From Raillietiella orientalis (Eukaryota), in NCBI GenBank assembly GCA_036172245.1, contig JAYWIR010000001.1, positions 8,928,001 to 8,992,000 of the forward strand: 64,000 bases of DNA. The letters are read 5' to 3'. A program made the position numbers and the translations under genes. Shown one piece after another: positions 62,330 through 64,000 of this stretch (positions are counted from its first letter, which is position 1; each line of letters begins with the position of its first letter). The notes beneath the pieces were generated by a model. The model was not told the DNA's origin, searched no databases, and saw only the letters and a list, made by a program, of their open reading frames with translations.

Positions 62330-64000
62330 AAGGGTTTTTCTCATCGCGAATCTCTTGACTGGAAAATGCTCTCAGAAATCTATACATCTCTGATGACTTG
62401 TTGTCAGATTCGAGGCACTGAGCTCGATAAGAGATATCCTCATCAGAGTTGAAACGCGTGCAAGCTTTTTTTTTTTTTTGTTTTTTTTTGGCTGTTGTTG
62501 TTGTTTCAATTCGACTCGGTCGCGTTTGTTTCTCGCCAAGTTCTACCATGGATGCGGCGAAAAGAGTGACCTCACCGTCTCTCTAAAAAAGCTAACTACT
62601 TGTGTTTTGCAAATGACTCTGCCTCGAGAGTAAATGTGATTTCTGGGTTTCTGTTTCACACCTCTTGACTTTGTTTCATTTTGTTTTCCAGACTCCCTTC
62701 TCAAGAAGCTGTAAATCTCTCCGTGCCAGTGCTCTATTTTGGAAATTTGACTTCTTCAGCCTTGCAAACTGCATGCTGCTCTATCCGCATTCGGCAGACG
62801 AATTGCTGATTCATAAGGTGAGTTTTCGAAAAACACCACTCTTCAAACACCAGTTGTGCTTGGCGCTCGATACACTTTTGGCGAGAAGACGAGAGAGACT
62901 GACGTTTTCAAAAGTGTTGCCGAGGTTGTGACTGGGAACGGGAAACACCCGTCTCCTCCTGAAATCTAGGGGATGTCATGAAGGGCAACAGATGACAGTT
63001 ACGGATTCTGTTTAAGCTGCTTGTTTTCCTTTCCCAGCAACGGATTTCAACGGCACTTACATCTTGGAATCTAGTTCTTGTAGACAATAATAACAGCATG
63101 TTGGATTAAAAGAGGATTCCAAGATCCTTAAAAATGGAATCTAGGATAGCAAAACTTTTATGCTCTTCACTTTTAGCTTTGTTTCCTGACATAATGTACA
63201 CAGAAACATGGGATGGGATCGGAACGAATGCAATATAATGCAGTGGGAGTGAGGAATGGGGACAGCATGGAGTGCCTATCCATAGGAGACCAAAAAACGG
63301 ATCAAGTTTTTTCAGCTTGTAATGAGTGGCCAAATTGGACCTGCTGAATGGCATGGAAGAGGATGCGTATCACCCAGGGCAAAAGATTCCAGCTGCTGAG
63401 GTTCTCTCTCGGAGAAAACCTCGGCACTGTGACTAATTGTCAACCCAAAGGCAGCGTCCTTCTACAGAAAATTCCTCTGGAATTGTTGTGCTCTTTCTTT
63501 TTGATCTGAAGGTTGAGATTACATCGGACAATTGGACAATCGGACAATGGTACGGTTCGAAGAATAACCCAAACTTGGCATTTTTCACAGAGGCCAAACT
63601 GCTGTGGGCATCCTCGCATAAAGCTCACCATGTCTTTCTCGATAATGATTCCAAGCTGTCTTTAGCATGTGTCCTCGTCAAGTGTTTCAGTGCTCCTGAT
63701 TTTTGCTTGCTGGATCAGGCATTTTTGTTTCCGTTGTGGTGACCGTAAGAATCCGCCTGAACTCAAGTGATCCTATGCTTTTTTCGAAGCACACTGGTTA
63801 CCCACTTTTGGGTCGCATCGTCGGTTCCTTGTTTCTTGATGTTGGCTTCTCCTTTTCAATCTTCAGCGTTCGCATATCAAATTTTCCTTTACTACGAGGA
63901 GGTTGAGGAGCCTTCGGCTGCTTGCAACTCGAGCGATACCTGGGGCTGATTACGTCTCAGATCTTATCCTTTGTGCTCAGCCGTGTGGGATGGTTCCTAG

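Noticed and set aside
59200-63200. Isolated RT-like words (LFADN at ~59.35 kb, KDLGILF at ~63.12 kb, minus strand)
   Set aside because: Single short motifs without ordered neighbours; possibly very old LINE debris but unsupported.
1-64000. CRISPR array, rRNA or intact tRNA genes
   Set aside because: No repeat-spacer array or rRNA seen; the tRNA-like segments lack a full cloverleaf.

Overview
Eukaryotic animal genomic DNA, most likely an arthropod: the Fos C-terminus is kayak-type and several introns are only 49-53 nt. Intron-containing host genes: the 3' part of an F-box/7xWD40 gene (184-1402, +), IST1 (14925-17164, +, one GC-AG intron), an RIIa-domain exon with a long acidic low-complexity ORF downstream (22-25.4 kb, -), and Fos/kayak (34978-35892, -, candidate first exon near 41 kb). 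Between the F-box gene and IST1 is an ~11 kb block of decayed foreign DNA. It holds an internally deleted piggyBac with both termini, several L1/Tx1-like non-LTR retrotransposon relics, a tRNA-derived head, an orphan AT-rich ORF and, most notably, a near genome-length degenerate endogenous CRESS-DNA virus (divergent cap and rep with an intergenic stem-loop, ~7160-8950). The very GC-rich blocks (about 20-26, 29-33, 42-47 and 51-55 kb) produce many spurious ORFs and contain heavily eroded LINE remnants. Also present are a structured tRNA-SINE-like element (31.3-31.7 kb), a U6 snRNA pseudogene (50.1 kb) and a few perfect palindromes. All calls come from manual reading and translation; no searches were run, and boundaries of decayed elements are approximate.
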